Below are positions 20,471 to 30,868 of a DNA stretch of 64,000 bases, piece by piece (within the stretch, counting starts at the first letter, position 1; each line of letters starts with the position of its first letter). The stretch is from assembly GCA_949738935.1 (NCBI GenBank), contig CATJCJ010000307.1, positions 33,753 through 97,752 of the forward strand, written 5' to 3'. Below the pieces are notes generated by a model. The model was not told the origin of the DNA. It saw nothing but the letters and a program-made list of their open reading frames with translations, and made no database searches. This stretch comes from an uncultured Eubacteriales bacterium (GTDB taxonomy: Bacteria; Bacillota; Clostridia; Lachnospirales; CAG-274). The translations under genes and the position numbers were made by a program.

Positions 20471-20634
20471 AGACCTGTTTAGTAATCTCCATAATAAAGC
20501 TTGACAAATCTTTTTCCGCCAGTCTTTGCCTGATTTTTTTGAAATACCGCTTCGAGTATTCCCGCAAAAATCAGGCCTCGGCTGACAAAAAAATCTTTTG
20601 TCAATCGTTATCATTTAGGTTACTAAACAGGTCT
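20471..20634. repeat. family B MITE-like palindromic element (164 bp)
   Basis: 15-bp terminal inverted repeats AGACCTGTTTAGTAA ... TTACTAAACAGGTCT. Nested internal inverted repeats: TTGACAAA..TCTTTT / AAAATCTTTTGTCAA and CCTGATTTTT / AAAAATCAGG. Confidence 0.8.
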
Positions 20635-20760
20635 ATTATAATACAGATATAATTGATAAGCAATAGATTTATTTCAAAACTTTACAGCAACTCCGATTGG
20701 CGAACATTTTTTCTTTATACTTCGAGTGATTTTTTTGAAACAACTTTAAACAAGGTCTAT

Positions 20761-20789
20761 TTGACAATTTGGTGAAATTTACTTATAAT
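20761..20789 (+). promoter_or_regulatory. sigma-A-type promoter for the symporter gene
   Basis: TTGACA (20761-20766), a 17-nt spacer, then TATAAT (20784-20789). Both hexamers match consensus exactly. Confidence 0.6.
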
Positions 20790-20826
20790 TACACTATAAT
20801 ATATTTTTGATATGAAAGGAGTATTT

Positions 20827-22233
20827 ATGGAAAATTTAAATCGACTGCTGGAAAGTACAAATGACTTTGTAAGCGGAGCGCCTCTTGTTATACTTATTTT
20901 ATCTGTGGGGTTTTATCTTACAATAAGACTGGGATTTTTGCAGGTTTTTAAATTGAGTAAGGCTTTTAAATACGCTGTTTCCGATGAGGAAAACGGAAAA
21001 GGTGAGGTTACAAGCTTTGGGGCGCTATGCACGGCTCTTTCCGCCACAATTGGAACCGGCAATATTGTTGGTGTGGCTACCGCTGTTGTCGCCGGAGGCC
21101 CCGGCGCTTTGTTTTGGATGTGGATTGCCGCTTTTTTTGGAATGTCTACAAAATACGCCGAGGGGGTTCTCGCTGTTAAATATCGTAAAATATGCTCTGA
21201 CGGGCATATTTTGGGTGGACCTTTTTATTATATAGAAAATGGTATGGGCAAAAAGTATAAATGGCTCGCTAAAATTTTCGCCGTGTTTTGCCTTTGCGTC
21301 GGGATTATGGGGATTGGGACTTTTACTCAGGTTAATGGCATAGCTAACGCTGTCAAAACGTTTTTTGACCCTAATAATTCTTATACTATTTCTTTGTTTG
21401 GAACGGATTATTCATATACTATTATTTTGACAAGTATTATCGCGGCGCTTTTGACAGGACTTGTTATAATTGGCGGAATTAAAAGAATTGCAAGAGTATC
21501 GGAATTTGTTATTCCAGTTATGGCTGTTACATATTTCGTATCTTGTTTTATTATTTTATGTCTAAATGGTGAAAAAATTCCGCAGGCTATTGGGAATATA
21601 CTTGAAAACGCTTTTGACTTTAGAGCTGCTGCCGGAGGTACTGTTGGGGCTATGTTTATCGCTATGCAAAAAGGTATCGCCAGAGGTATTTTCTCAAATG
21701 AGGCGGGACTTGGAAGCGCTCCAATAGCTGCTGCCGCCGCGAGAACAAACGAGCCTGTTAGGCAGGGACTTGTGTCTATGACAGGAACTTTTATTGATAC
21801 AATTATTATTTGTACTATGACAGGGCTTTGTATTCTTGTTACGGGCTCTAACGCTCCTGAGCTTGGACTTGAGGGGGTTGACGTTACTATAAGGGCTTTT
21901 GAGACGGGACTTCCATTTAATTCTGATATAAGTTCTTTTATTCTTATGATTTGTCTTGTGTTTTTTGCGTTTACAACTATTCTTGGCTGGAATTATTATA
22001 GTGAGAAATGCCTTGAGTATCTCTCTGAGGGAAATAAAAGGATTGTTGGATTTTATAGATATTTATATATATTCGCGGTGTTTATCGGCCCGTTTATGAC
22101 AGTTTCCGCTGTTTGGACAACCGCTGATATTTTTAACGCTCTTATGGCGTTTCCAAATCTTATAGCTGTTATTTATCTCAGTAATGTTGTTATTAAAGAA
22201 ACCAAGGAATATTTTTTTCGGGCAAAAAAATAA
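20827..22233 (+). CDS. alanine/glycine:cation symporter (AGCS family)
   Basis: AGCS signature region 'ALSATIGTGNIVGVATAVVAGGPGALFWMWIAAFFGMSTKYAE' and a polytopic membrane profile. The ATG at 20827 follows an AAAGGAG RBS. Confidence 0.85.
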   Translation: MENLNRLLESTNDFVSGAPLVILILSVGFYLTIRLGFLQVFKLSKAFKYAVSDEENGKGEVTSFGALCTALSATIGTGNIVGVATAVVAGGPGALFWMWIAAFFGMSTKYAEGVLAVKYRKICSDGHILGGPFYYIENGMGKKYKWLAKIFAVFCLCVGIMGIGTFTQVNGIANAVKTFFDPNNSYTISLFGTDYSYTIILTSIIAALLTGLVIIGGIKRIARVSEFVIPVMAVTYFVSCFIILCLNGEKIPQAIGNILENAFDFRAAAGGTVGAMFIAMQKGIARGIFSNEAGLGSAPIAAAAARTNEPVRQGLVSMTGTFIDTIIICTMTGLCILVTGSNAPELGLEGVDVTIRAFETGLPFNSDISSFILMICLVFFAFTTILGWNYYSEKCLEYLSEGNKRIVGFYRYLYIFAVFIGPFMTVSAVWTTADIFNALMAFPNLIAVIYLSNVVIKETKEYFFRAKK

Positions 22234-22270
22234 AGATTAAAAACAAAGATTTATAGCAGAACTGTTTAGC

Positions 22271-22290
22271 ATAGTAATTCCACTTTAAAA
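22271..22290. repeat. solo half-site of the family C repeat
   Basis: ATAGTAATTCCACTTTAAAA, compared with 48151-48171 ATAGTAATTCCATTTTAAAAG. It is preceded by AGAACTGTTTAGC, which resembles the family B terminus. Confidence 0.6.
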
Positions 22291-22332
22291 CATTATTGCT
22301 AAAAAATACTTTGTTGTGAGAGGAGTGTTTGA

Positions 22333-24654
22333 ATGGAAATTGAAAAGGGTAAAAGTAAAAGGTATAAAATAACTAAAGGCAATAAAATTTATGAGAAAAA
22401 TAAGACTATTAATGAGCTGGCTATGATTATTAAGGGGAGAGCCTCTTCTTCCGGTGTTTATGGAAAAATGTTTTTTGGCTCGGGTACGGTTTTGGGACTT
22501 TCGGATACGGGGGGTGATAAATATATTTTCGATTATATGGCTGAGGAGGATTGTGATGTTTTGGCGTATTATGTTGATGAGAATCATGACGCTGAACAAA
22601 TTATCGCTGAAAATTCTCAGTTTTCAGGGCTTATGGTCTCTACTGTTACAAAACAAGCCGCTGCTTTGATTTCTGTTTATGATGATTTGAGCCAGCAATG
22701 CTCTGTTTTGTATGAAACATTGAGCGAAAATAAAGAGGAGTATATTAATTATTGTAAAAAGTTTTCCGTTATTCCCGGCGATATTGAGGAAATGTATATT
22801 CAGCCGGTTCCCGAGGCGGGTGAGCACGCCACTATTGAGATAATGGATTATTGTAAAAATCTTAATGAGATTTCTCTTGATAATCTTAAGAGCTTTTTTT
22901 CTTGTAACAGTAATGTTGCTTATTTTAATGTGCTTATTACAAGTAAACTTATTAAGGATTTGAATGACGCTGTTTTTGATATGCTTAAATATATACATAA
23001 ATATAAAAATATTCTTGTCGGTGATGATAAAAATAATTTGTTTTATGGTTATTCTACCCTTGCTTTTGATGTTGGAAAAAAAGGTATTGATATTTCTGTG
23101 TTTTTGAGGGGAATTGACAAAATTAAAGACGCCGCTAAAGAAATTTCTTTGATTGACAAACAGGTTTTGGAAAACGCTGTTAAAAATCATCAGGACAGAA
23201 TTGATTTGCTGTATAAGATTCCTGAAAATGAGGAGGCTGACGAAAAAGAGTTTAAGCTTCATATGAGCTATTCTAAAGATGAGATTGAAAAAGCGAGAGG
23301 AGATATTAAAAATTCTCTTAATCGTATTATGAGTTATACTGATTTTGATGATGAGAACAAAGATAAATTTACTCGAATTATTACGGCGTTTTGTAATCTT
23401 AAGGATAGGGGAGGTTCTGGTGATGACGCTGTGACAATCAGAAAACAGATTACAAAAACTTTTTATGAGATATATGAACAGGTATTTTTTAATTATGTTG
23501 ACTCGGGAAAAAATGATACGATTGTTGAGATGTTCTTGAATTTTGGCTTTATGGATGAAAGGCTTGTTGATGAGCCGCAGGCTATTGACCTTTATTATAT
23601 TAATAAGTCTACAGGTGATTCTAATGTTTTTATGATTAAAGACTGGCTTTTGGCGATTTATCGCGGATATGAGGAACCGTCTAAAAGTGAGTTTGATATC
23701 GACTATCAGGAGAATTTGAGGGAAATTAAAAAAAGCAGGCTTATGACTCCTGAGCAGGAAGTTAGATATCTTAATGACCAAAAGGGTAAAGTTATCTATG
23801 AAATTCAAAATATGTTTAGGGTTACTAATAAGGTTACGTCCGGAAGAGTCAGTACATTTTGTCCGGTTCTGTCAAAGCATACCTTATCAGATGATATGAT
23901 GAACGCTTATGTGTCTCCAAAAAGAATTAACACGGTTATCGAGGATGTTATTAAAGTGGATTATTCCTTATTTTATAGGGAATGCCCTTATAGAAATGAC
24001 GCCATTGAAAACCCTAACGAGCGTATTATGAAAGAAGTTAGACCATATTTTATTCTTATGCCTAACTTTGGTTCGAGATGTATTATGTGGCAGGATTTTG
24101 CTGGAAGAAAAAAAGATACTCCCGCCAGATTTGTTGTTCCGGCGTTCAGCCTTGAGTCTTTGAGCGATTTGCTTATCGCGGCTTTCGCCAGATTTAGATG
24201 GGAACTTTGCAAGGATATGCAGGGCGTTCGATGGAGTGATATTACTGTTAAGTCTCTTACCAGTGAGTATTATGACTATTTGCAGTTCTATAAGAAAAAT
24301 AGGGAGCTTACTGAAAAGGCTAAAGAAAAGGTTAAACTTATTATTCAGAAAAAAGGAAATAATTTTAAAGAGGTGTTCGCTTATGACTATGCTCAATGGA
24401 TTAATTATGAGTCTGAGGGTGCTCCGAGACTGAACTCTTACGCTAGAGCGATTATGTTCGCTTACTGTCCTTTTCCTAAGAAAATGAGAGAGCGATTCGC
24501 CGAAAACCCTATTTATTCTAAAATTATAACAATGTTTGAGAGGTCTTGTGAAAATAAAATAAGGCGCTTTGAAAACCTTAAAACATCTATTTTAAAGGCG
24601 AACGGAAAGATTGACGAGGACTTTGAGAATAATATTGAGTTTTATAAGATGTGA
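22333..24654 (+). CDS. uncharacterised 773-aa protein with a possible N-terminal cyclic-nucleotide-binding-like beta-barrel
   Basis: Long coherent ORF preceded by a GAGAGGAG RBS. Residues ~20-90 (IYEKNKTINELAMIIKGRASSSGVYGKMFFGSGTVLGLSD...YMAEEDCDVLAY) resemble a cNMP-binding fold. The rest is helical with no motif I recognise. Confidence 0.6.
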   Translation: MEIEKGKSKRYKITKGNKIYEKNKTINELAMIIKGRASSSGVYGKMFFGSGTVLGLSDTGGDKYIFDYMAEEDCDVLAYYVDENHDAEQIIAENSQFSGLMVSTVTKQAAALISVYDDLSQQCSVLYETLSENKEEYINYCKKFSVIPGDIEEMYIQPVPEAGEHATIEIMDYCKNLNEISLDNLKSFFSCNSNVAYFNVLITSKLIKDLNDAVFDMLKYIHKYKNILVGDDKNNLFYGYSTLAFDVGKKGIDISVFLRGIDKIKDAAKEISLIDKQVLENAVKNHQDRIDLLYKIPENEEADEKEFKLHMSYSKDEIEKARGDIKNSLNRIMSYTDFDDENKDKFTRIITAFCNLKDRGGSGDDAVTIRKQITKTFYEIYEQVFFNYVDSGKNDTIVEMFLNFGFMDERLVDEPQAIDLYYINKSTGDSNVFMIKDWLLAIYRGYEEPSKSEFDIDYQENLREIKKSRLMTPEQEVRYLNDQKGKVIYEIQNMFRVTNKVTSGRVSTFCPVLSKHTLSDDMMNAYVSPKRINTVIEDVIKVDYSLFYRECPYRNDAIENPNERIMKEVRPYFILMPNFGSRCIMWQDFAGRKKDTPARFVVPAFSLESLSDLLIAAFARFRWELCKDMQGVRWSDITVKSLTSEYYDYLQFYKKNRELTEKAKEKVKLIIQKKGNNFKEVFAYDYAQWINYESEGAPRLNSYARAIMFAYCPFPKKMRERFAENPIYSKIITMFERSCENKIRRFENLKTSILKANGKIDEDFENNIEFYKM

Positions 24655-24767
24655 GTTTTGAGTTTTTCGGCATTGCGTATGAATTTTTTTGAATTTTTTG
24701 TTGTGATTTTTTTCCTTTTGTGGTAAAATAAAATGAAGAATTGTTTTTTGGAAAGGTTGTCTGGAAA

Positions 24768-26024
24768 ATGCGTAAGGTTTTAATGATTGCTAATCAGTTT
24801 CCTCCTATGGGAGGGTCAGGAGTTCAGAGAAGTGTTAAGTTTGTTAAGCATCTTGGAAAGTTTGGATATGAGCCCATTGTTCTTACAAGAAAAGAAGATG
24901 GTATGCTCCTTAAAGACCAGACTCTTTTGAGAGATATTCCTGAGAAAACCGAAATTATACGCACAAATCCATTTGATTTTACTGAGTGGAAGTCTGTTTT
25001 TAGGATTTTTGGAAAGATTTTGGGGCTTAAGGTGCTTATTCCTGACAGTGCTTGGCTTTGGAGTGTTTTTTCTAGAAAGGCCGCCGTTAAGACTGTTTTG
25101 GAAAATGATATAAAAATAATTTATACGACAAGTGCTCCTTACAGTGACCATCTTCTTGGTTTGTATCTTAAAAGAAAATTTCCGCGTATTACTTGGGTTG
25201 CTGACTTTCGTGATGAGTGGACAAACAATCCTTATATATTGGACAACCCTCATTGGTGGTTCAGAACAAAAAAGGAAAAGAAAATGGAGAGTCAAGTGCT
25301 TAAAAACGCCGACGCTCTTATTACAAACACTCCTGTTATGAGAAAAAATTTTATCTCAAACAACGATATTGACGGAAAAAATTTTTTTGTTATTCCTAAT
25401 GGTTATGACGTAGAAGATTTTGACAAATTTGATTTGACAAAACCGCAAACCGCAAGATTGACTCTTACTTATACAGGAGCTTTATATGGAAGAAGAAAGC
25501 CTGATACTTTTTTTAAGGCGTTATCTGAGCTTATTTTTGAAAATAAAATTGATGGCGGGAGAATTTCCGTTAATCTTATTGGAAATTATTATAAAGAAAA
25601 GCTTCAAGCTCAGATTGATTCCTTTTCTCTTACAAAGCAAGTTAATATTGTCGGATATGTTCCTCATGATGAGTGTATTAAAAGACAGCTTCAATCGGAT
25701 GTCCTTGTACTTATTGAGGGAACGGGAAAAGGTTCTGACGCTTTTTATACAGGTAAAATATTTGAGTATATGAACACAAACAGACCTGTCTTGGCAATTT
25801 TGCCTGAAAACGGCGCCGCCGCTGAGCTTGTTCGAAAAACAAAAATCGGAGAGGTCGCTCACACTGATAATGTTGACGCGATTAAGAGGGTTATTTTAGA
25901 TTATTATAATAGATGGTGTAAAGGTCGGCTGGATTTTTCACCTAATCGAATGGAAATTGAGAAATATGAGAGAAAAGAGCTTACTAAAGAGCTTGCTTCT
26001 GTTTTTGACAGATATTACCATTAA
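24768..26024 (+). CDS. glycosyltransferase (GT-B fold, group 1-like)
   Basis: The N-terminus 'MRKVLMIANQFPPMGGSGVQR' is typical of GT-B glycosyltransferases. The gene sits in a polysaccharide cluster. Confidence 0.7.
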   Translation: MRKVLMIANQFPPMGGSGVQRSVKFVKHLGKFGYEPIVLTRKEDGMLLKDQTLLRDIPEKTEIIRTNPFDFTEWKSVFRIFGKILGLKVLIPDSAWLWSVFSRKAAVKTVLENDIKIIYTTSAPYSDHLLGLYLKRKFPRITWVADFRDEWTNNPYILDNPHWWFRTKKEKKMESQVLKNADALITNTPVMRKNFISNNDIDGKNFFVIPNGYDVEDFDKFDLTKPQTARLTLTYTGALYGRRKPDTFFKALSELIFENKIDGGRISVNLIGNYYKEKLQAQIDSFSLTKQVNIVGYVPHDECIKRQLQSDVLVLIEGTGKGSDAFYTGKIFEYMNTNRPVLAILPENGAAAELVRKTKIGEVAHTDNVDAIKRVILDYYNRWCKGRLDFSPNRMEIEKYERKELTKELASVFDRYYH

Positions 26025-26045
26025 CCTTTGGGGTGTGATTTTATA

Positions 26046-27176
26046 ATGAAGATACTTCATTTTATAAGCGGAGGGGATACGGGAGGCGCTAAAACTCATG
26101 TTTTGACTCTTTTGCCGAGGCTTTTGGAACTTGGCGTCGAAGTTGAACTTCTCTGTATTATGGAAGGAATTTTTACAGAAGAGGCGCGGAAACTTAATAT
26201 ACCTGTCAATATTATTTTGCAAAAAAGACGATATGATATGACTGTTATTAAAAAAATCGGAAGGTTTATTAATGAGCGAGGATATGATATTGTTCATTGT
26301 CACGGCGCCAGGGCTAACTATATCGCGGCCTTTATAAGAAAAAAAATAAACGCTGTTATGATTACAACTTTGCATAGTGATTATAAACTGGATTTTAAGG
26401 ATACCCTTTATAAACAAATAATTTACGCTCCTATTAACTATTTCGCGCTTAAAAGATTTAAGTATATTCTTACCGTTACGGAGGCTTTTAAGAATATGAT
26501 GGTTAGGCGGGGATTTAGAGAAGATAAATTTTTTGTTGTTTATAACGGTATTGATTTTAGTGTTAAGCCTTCTTTTATTCCTAAAAATGAGTTTTTTGAG
26601 AAATACTCTGTTGATTATGATGAAAATAAAAAGTATGTTGGAATCGCCGCCAGACTTAACGCTGTTAAAGGTATTGATATTTTTTTGAAGATGGCTTTTG
26701 ATATTTGCGGTAAGAAAGATGATGTTAATTTTGTTATTGCCGGAAACGGTGATGATTTTAATAAATTTAATTCTCTTATTAAGGAGGGCGGTTTTTCTGA
26801 CAGAATCTTTATGATTGGTCATATTGATGATATTGACAGCTTTTTTAACGCTATTGACGTTAATATGCTCACGTCTTTGAGTGAAAGTTTTCCATACGCT
26901 TTGCTTGAGGGGGCGAGAATGAAAAAGGCTACGGTCAGCACAGGTGTTGGGGGAATTCCGGAAATGATTTTAAATGGAAAAACAGGATTTTTGGTTTCTC
27001 CTTATGATGTTTCTGATATGTCTGAGAAAGTTTTAAAACTTATTTCCGATGAGAATCTCGCCGGAAAATTTGGTCAGGCTTTTTTTGAACACGCCAGAAA
27101 AAACTTTTCTGATGTTAAAATGGCTGAGACTCACAAAAGTATTTATGAGAAAATTGTAAAGGAGAATGAAAAATGA
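26046..27176 (+). CDS. glycosyltransferase family 4 (group 1)
   Basis: 'MKILHFISGGDTGGAKTHV' N-terminus and a C-terminal donor-binding region 'SLSESFPYALLEGARMKKATVSTGVGGIPEMI' (E-x7-E-like). Confidence 0.8.
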   Translation: MKILHFISGGDTGGAKTHVLTLLPRLLELGVEVELLCIMEGIFTEEARKLNIPVNIILQKRRYDMTVIKKIGRFINERGYDIVHCHGARANYIAAFIRKKINAVMITTLHSDYKLDFKDTLYKQIIYAPINYFALKRFKYILTVTEAFKNMMVRRGFREDKFFVVYNGIDFSVKPSFIPKNEFFEKYSVDYDENKKYVGIAARLNAVKGIDIFLKMAFDICGKKDDVNFVIAGNGDDFNKFNSLIKEGGFSDRIFMIGHIDDIDSFFNAIDVNMLTSLSESFPYALLEGARMKKATVSTGVGGIPEMILNGKTGFLVSPYDVSDMSEKVLKLISDENLAGKFGQAFFEHARKNFSDVKMAETHKSIYEKIVKENEK

Positions 27177-27679
27177 GATTTATAGATGAAAAAGGCAGGT
27201 TGTTTGGAATTATTAATCCTGTTGATTTAATTGTTATTGTTCTTGTTTTGTCTATAGTTGGCGGAATTGGCTATAGGTTTTTATCCTCAATGCTGAATAT
27301 GAGCGAAAACTCTCTTGAGGAGGAAAAAGAAGCTTATGTTACGCTTTACGCCAGTTTGCAAATTCCGGAGGTTGCCGAGTCTATTAAAATTGGGGACAGG
27401 CTTGTCGCTAATAATCAGTATACAGACGCTGAGGTTGTTGATGTTCAGGTTACTCCCGCGCAGTATGTTGACTCGAATTCTGAGGGAAAAGCCGTAAAAT
27501 CGGAACATCCGCTATGGAAAGATGTTAAAATTGTTATAAAAGAAAAAATTAACGCTTCCGATGTTATTCTTAAAGTCAGTGAGCAGGAAGTCAGAGTCGG
27601 ATATCCTTTTGTGTTTAAAACTCAAACTGTTGAGGCGAACAGTAAAATCAGGGCCATTGAGTTTAAAGACCCCGAATGA
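27173..27679 (+). CDS. DUF4330-like membrane-anchored protein
   Basis: The start ATG overlaps the upstream stop (ATGA). The N-terminus 'MRFIDEKGRLFGIINPVDLIVIVLVLSIVGG' matches, from memory, the DUF4330 pattern seen in Firmicutes cell-wall polysaccharide loci. Confidence 0.55.
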   Translation: MRFIDEKGRLFGIINPVDLIVIVLVLSIVGGIGYRFLSSMLNMSENSLEEEKEAYVTLYASLQIPEVAESIKIGDRLVANNQYTDAEVVDVQVTPAQYVDSNSEGKAVKSEHPLWKDVKIVIKEKINASDVILKVSEQEVRVGYPFVFKTQTVEANSKIRAIEFKDPE

Positions 27680-27732
27680 TGTTATAACCTATGACTCGTG
27701 GGTTTTTTGATTTATTATGGGGGTGGTTGTTT

Positions 27733-28281
27733 ATGCCGAATATTTTTAGAGGCAGTTTCTGCTGTGGTTTTACAGTTAAGTGCTGGGTCTTTTTCTCAAA
27801 AAGTTTTGAAAAAAGCGTTTTTAAAAAGATTCTTGGTGTGTTGCGCGTGATTTTTGGGAATAGCTGGATTGGGCGCGCTGTTAAAAGAAATTTTGATAAA
27901 GAGCCTTTATTTTTTAATTCTTTTCTTTACAGAGGTATAAGAGCTATTGGCCGGCCTTTTGGAAAAATCGCCGATGGGGTGAATTCGGTTATTGTAAGAA
28001 TTTATCAAGGCTGTGTCTTAAAAAAGGCTGTTGATTTTGTTAAAAATGAAAGTATGACGGATAAGTTTACTTCTTTTGGTTTGTTTTTCATGACTATGGC
28101 TCTTTCTTTTCTTCTTTTCTCTATTTTGATGGGAATAAACTATGAAATAAGAATTTATGTCTCTTGGGGTTTGTTTTTTGTCGGAATAGCTGTTTTCTCA
28201 GCGGGAAGACATATTGACACCGTTAGACAAAGCCTTGTTTACAGAGCTTTTAAATATATGGTTGAGTTGGTGAGAATGTGA
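27733..28281 (+). CDS. hypothetical membrane protein
   Basis: ORF with two C-terminal TM helices. The ATG at 27733 follows GGGGGTGG; the ORF-track start at 27691 is an alternative. Confidence 0.5.
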   Translation: MPNIFRGSFCCGFTVKCWVFFSKSFEKSVFKKILGVLRVIFGNSWIGRAVKRNFDKEPLFFNSFLYRGIRAIGRPFGKIADGVNSVIVRIYQGCVLKKAVDFVKNESMTDKFTSFGLFFMTMALSFLLFSILMGINYEIRIYVSWGLFFVGIAVFSAGRHIDTVRQSLVYRAFKYMVELVRM

Positions 28282-29660
28282 GAAATTATTCTGTTTGGAT
28301 TTTATTGTTTTTTGGTATTGCCGCCGGATTTGCCGCCGTTGATTTTGGGGTTTTGGCTATTCTCGCTGTATTCGCGGTTCTATCGGTTTTTTTGATTGTG
28401 TTTTCTAATTATGAAAGGGCGACTTATGTTCTTGGCGCTTATTCTGTTATTGACTTTATTTTGAGAAGCGTTTCTGAAGTTCTTGGGGGAATTTGGGATG
28501 AGTTGTTTTTGATTCTCTTAATTTGTCTTTGGATTGTTAAGTGGATTCTTTGCAGAAATGAGGAGGGTTTTAAAATGACTCCTCTTGATTTTCCTGTTTT
28601 TATTTTTATTACGGCTATGGTTTTTGTGCTTGTTTTTAATTCTCCTGATTTCTCGATTTCTCTTGAGGGATTTAGAGCTGTTATTCAATATATATTATGG
28701 TACTTTGTCGTTATTCAGCTTTTGAGAACGGAGAAAGGAGCTAGAAATCTATGTGTGTTTTTTGTGATGGTCACTTTCGCTCTCGCTATTCATGGTATTT
28801 TTCAGTATATTGTCGCCGCGAAAATGCCTCAGGGCTGGATTGATAAAGACGAGGAGGAAGTCAGAACAAGGGTTTACTCTATTATTGGAAGCCCAAATGT
28901 ATTTGGAAGCCTTATGACTTTGGCGTCTCCTGTCGCTGTAAGCTTTGTGTTTTCTATGAAAAAGCTTAGGAGCAAGGTTTTTTTCGCCGTTATTTCGGTT
29001 TCTATGATGCTTAGTCTTTTGTTTACTTTTTCAAGAGGCGCTTGGATTGGGTTTATGATATCTGTTTTTGTGTATGTGTTTATTAAAGACAAAAGATTTC
29101 TTATTCCAATCGTTTTTGGGGCCGCTTTTGTTATGATACTTGTTCCGAGCGTGTTTAACAGGATTATGTATATGCTTAGTCCGGAATATATAGAAAGTAG
29201 CCTTAAGGCGGGACGTCTTGTAAGATGGATTACGGGGCTTGAGATTCTTGGGAATAATTCTTTTCTTGGGGTTGGACTTGGACATTTTGGCGGGGCTGTA
29301 GCTATGAATCACAATCTTTCTTGTGATGTTGGGGTTGAGGTTGTCAAAACGTTTTATATGGATAATTATTTTCTTAAAACGGCGGTTGAGACAGGTTTGT
29401 TTGGCTTGTTCTTTTTTGCGGCGCTTATTTACATGCTTATTATAAATTGTCTCAGAACTATAAAAATTACTGAGGACAAGGCTTTTAAGGAACTTGAGAT
29501 TGGGATTTTCTCTGGACTTGTTGGCGTTATTTGCCACAATTTTGTTGAGAATATTTTTGAGGTTCCTATGATGGTTTCTTGTTTTTGGCTTCTTGTGGCT
29601 GTTATGATGCATCTTTGGTATCTGAATTATTATAAGAATAAAGATTGTGAGACAGTGTAA
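28278..29660 (+). CDS. O-antigen ligase/polymerase-like (Wzy_C) membrane protein
   Basis: At least 10 TM helices with the characteristic 'FTFSRGAWIGF' loop motif. The GTG start overlaps the upstream stop (GTGA). Confidence 0.75.
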   Translation: MRNYSVWILLFFGIAAGFAAVDFGVLAILAVFAVLSVFLIVFSNYERATYVLGAYSVIDFILRSVSEVLGGIWDELFLILLICLWIVKWILCRNEEGFKMTPLDFPVFIFITAMVFVLVFNSPDFSISLEGFRAVIQYILWYFVVIQLLRTEKGARNLCVFFVMVTFALAIHGIFQYIVAAKMPQGWIDKDEEEVRTRVYSIIGSPNVFGSLMTLASPVAVSFVFSMKKLRSKVFFAVISVSMMLSLLFTFSRGAWIGFMISVFVYVFIKDKRFLIPIVFGAAFVMILVPSVFNRIMYMLSPEYIESSLKAGRLVRWITGLEILGNNSFLGVGLGHFGGAVAMNHNLSCDVGVEVVKTFYMDNYFLKTAVETGLFGLFFFAALIYMLIINCLRTIKITEDKAFKELEIGIFSGLVGVICHNFVENIFEVPMMVSCFWLLVAVMMHLWYLNYYKNKDCETV

Positions 29661-29745
29661 AGTGATTTTTGTCTGATTGGTTTGAGGGTATGGGCAAAGC
29701 CCGTAGGCTTTTAATGTGATATTTTTCTTGTTGGAAGGGAACCTT

Positions 29746-30864
29746 ATGATTAATATATTGATTGCGGGATACCACGGATTTGGCAACTGCGGTGATGAGG
29801 CGACTTTACAGGCTATGACCGTTAATATACGGGATATGGCGGAAGATGTTAAGATTACCGCTCTTTCTTATAAACCGGAGCTTACTAAAACTGAATACAA
29901 TATTGATTCTGTTCAAAGGTTTAATGTTTTGCAGGTCTTTAACGCCATAAGACGCAGTGACATTATACTAAGCGGCGGCGGTACCCTTTTGCAGGATGGA
30001 ACGAGTACCCGCTCTCTTTTATATTATTTGAGCATTATTAAAATCGCTAAGATTTTTAGGAAAAGAGTTATGCTTTACGCTAATGGCATTGGTCCTGTGA
30101 ACGGTAAATTTAATAGAAAACTTATTAAACATATTGTTAATAAAGTTGATTTTATTACTCTCCGAGAGCATATGTCCGCTGAGGACCTCAACGCTATCGG
30201 CGTTACAAAGCCTGAGACTCATATTACCGCTGACCCGGCTTTTACTTTGAGGTCTGTTTCGGACGCGAGGGCTTCTGAGATTTTTTTGAAAGAGGATATA
30301 CCTCAGAATAATGATATAGTTGGAGTTTCAGTAAGAAATTGGAATGGCTTTAACGGAGAAAACTATATTGAGAAAATCGCCGGGGTTTGTGACAGATTTG
30401 TTAGGGAAGGAAAAACTATTCTTCTTATACCTATGCAGTTTCCGAGAGATATTGCCGTGTCTGACAAGCTTAGGAGCGCTATGAGGGAAAAATCATATAT
30501 TCTTAGGAATGAGTATACTCCGTCTGAGATTTTGGGCATAATCGGAAAGGTTCGCGTTATGCTTAGTATGAGGCTTCATACTCTTATTTTTGCCGGGGTT
30601 AAGAGAGTTCCTATGGTCGGGGTAATTTATGACCCAAAGGTTGAGTATTATCTTGATGTTCTTGATATGCCTGCCGGAGGAGATATAAGAAATTCTGAAA
30701 TTGATGAGAAAAAACTTTATAACTCTGTTTTGAGGATATTTCAAAATTATGATGAGTTTGTTTCTCGGCTTGATAAGAAAGTTGCTGTCCTTGAGAAAAA
30801 AGCTCACGAAAATGACGAGTATCTTGAGAGACAGCTGGATTTGATTCGTAAAAAAGGTGGTTGA
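29746..30864 (+). CDS. csaB: polysaccharide pyruvyl transferase CsaB
   Basis: The N-terminus 'MINILIAGYHGFGNCGDEATLQAM' and the overall length are typical of CsaB. A GGAAGGGA RBS precedes the ATG at 29746. Confidence 0.8.
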   Translation: MINILIAGYHGFGNCGDEATLQAMTVNIRDMAEDVKITALSYKPELTKTEYNIDSVQRFNVLQVFNAIRRSDIILSGGGTLLQDGTSTRSLLYYLSIIKIAKIFRKRVMLYANGIGPVNGKFNRKLIKHIVNKVDFITLREHMSAEDLNAIGVTKPETHITADPAFTLRSVSDARASEIFLKEDIPQNNDIVGVSVRNWNGFNGENYIEKIAGVCDRFVREGKTILLIPMQFPRDIAVSDKLRSAMREKSYILRNEYTPSEILGIIGKVRVMLSMRLHTLIFAGVKRVPMVGVIYDPKVEYYLDVLDMPAGGDIRNSEIDEKKLYNSVLRIFQNYDEFVSRLDKKVAVLEKKAHENDEYLERQLDLIRKKGG

Positions 30865-30868
30865 TAAA

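Noticed and set aside
22624-23808. 394-aa ORF antisense to the 773-aa gene.
   Set aside because: It lies entirely inside a longer, coherent sense ORF that has an RBS. Its translation is I/N/K/F-rich low complexity, typical of the reverse strand of AT-rich coding DNA. It has no RBS and no recognisable motif.
25938-29786. Long antisense ORFs (25938-26822, 294 aa; 29031-29786, 251 aa) within the polysaccharide locus.
   Set aside because: They are opposite well-supported glycosyltransferase and O-antigen-ligase-like genes. The translations are basic, low-complexity and lack starts with an RBS.
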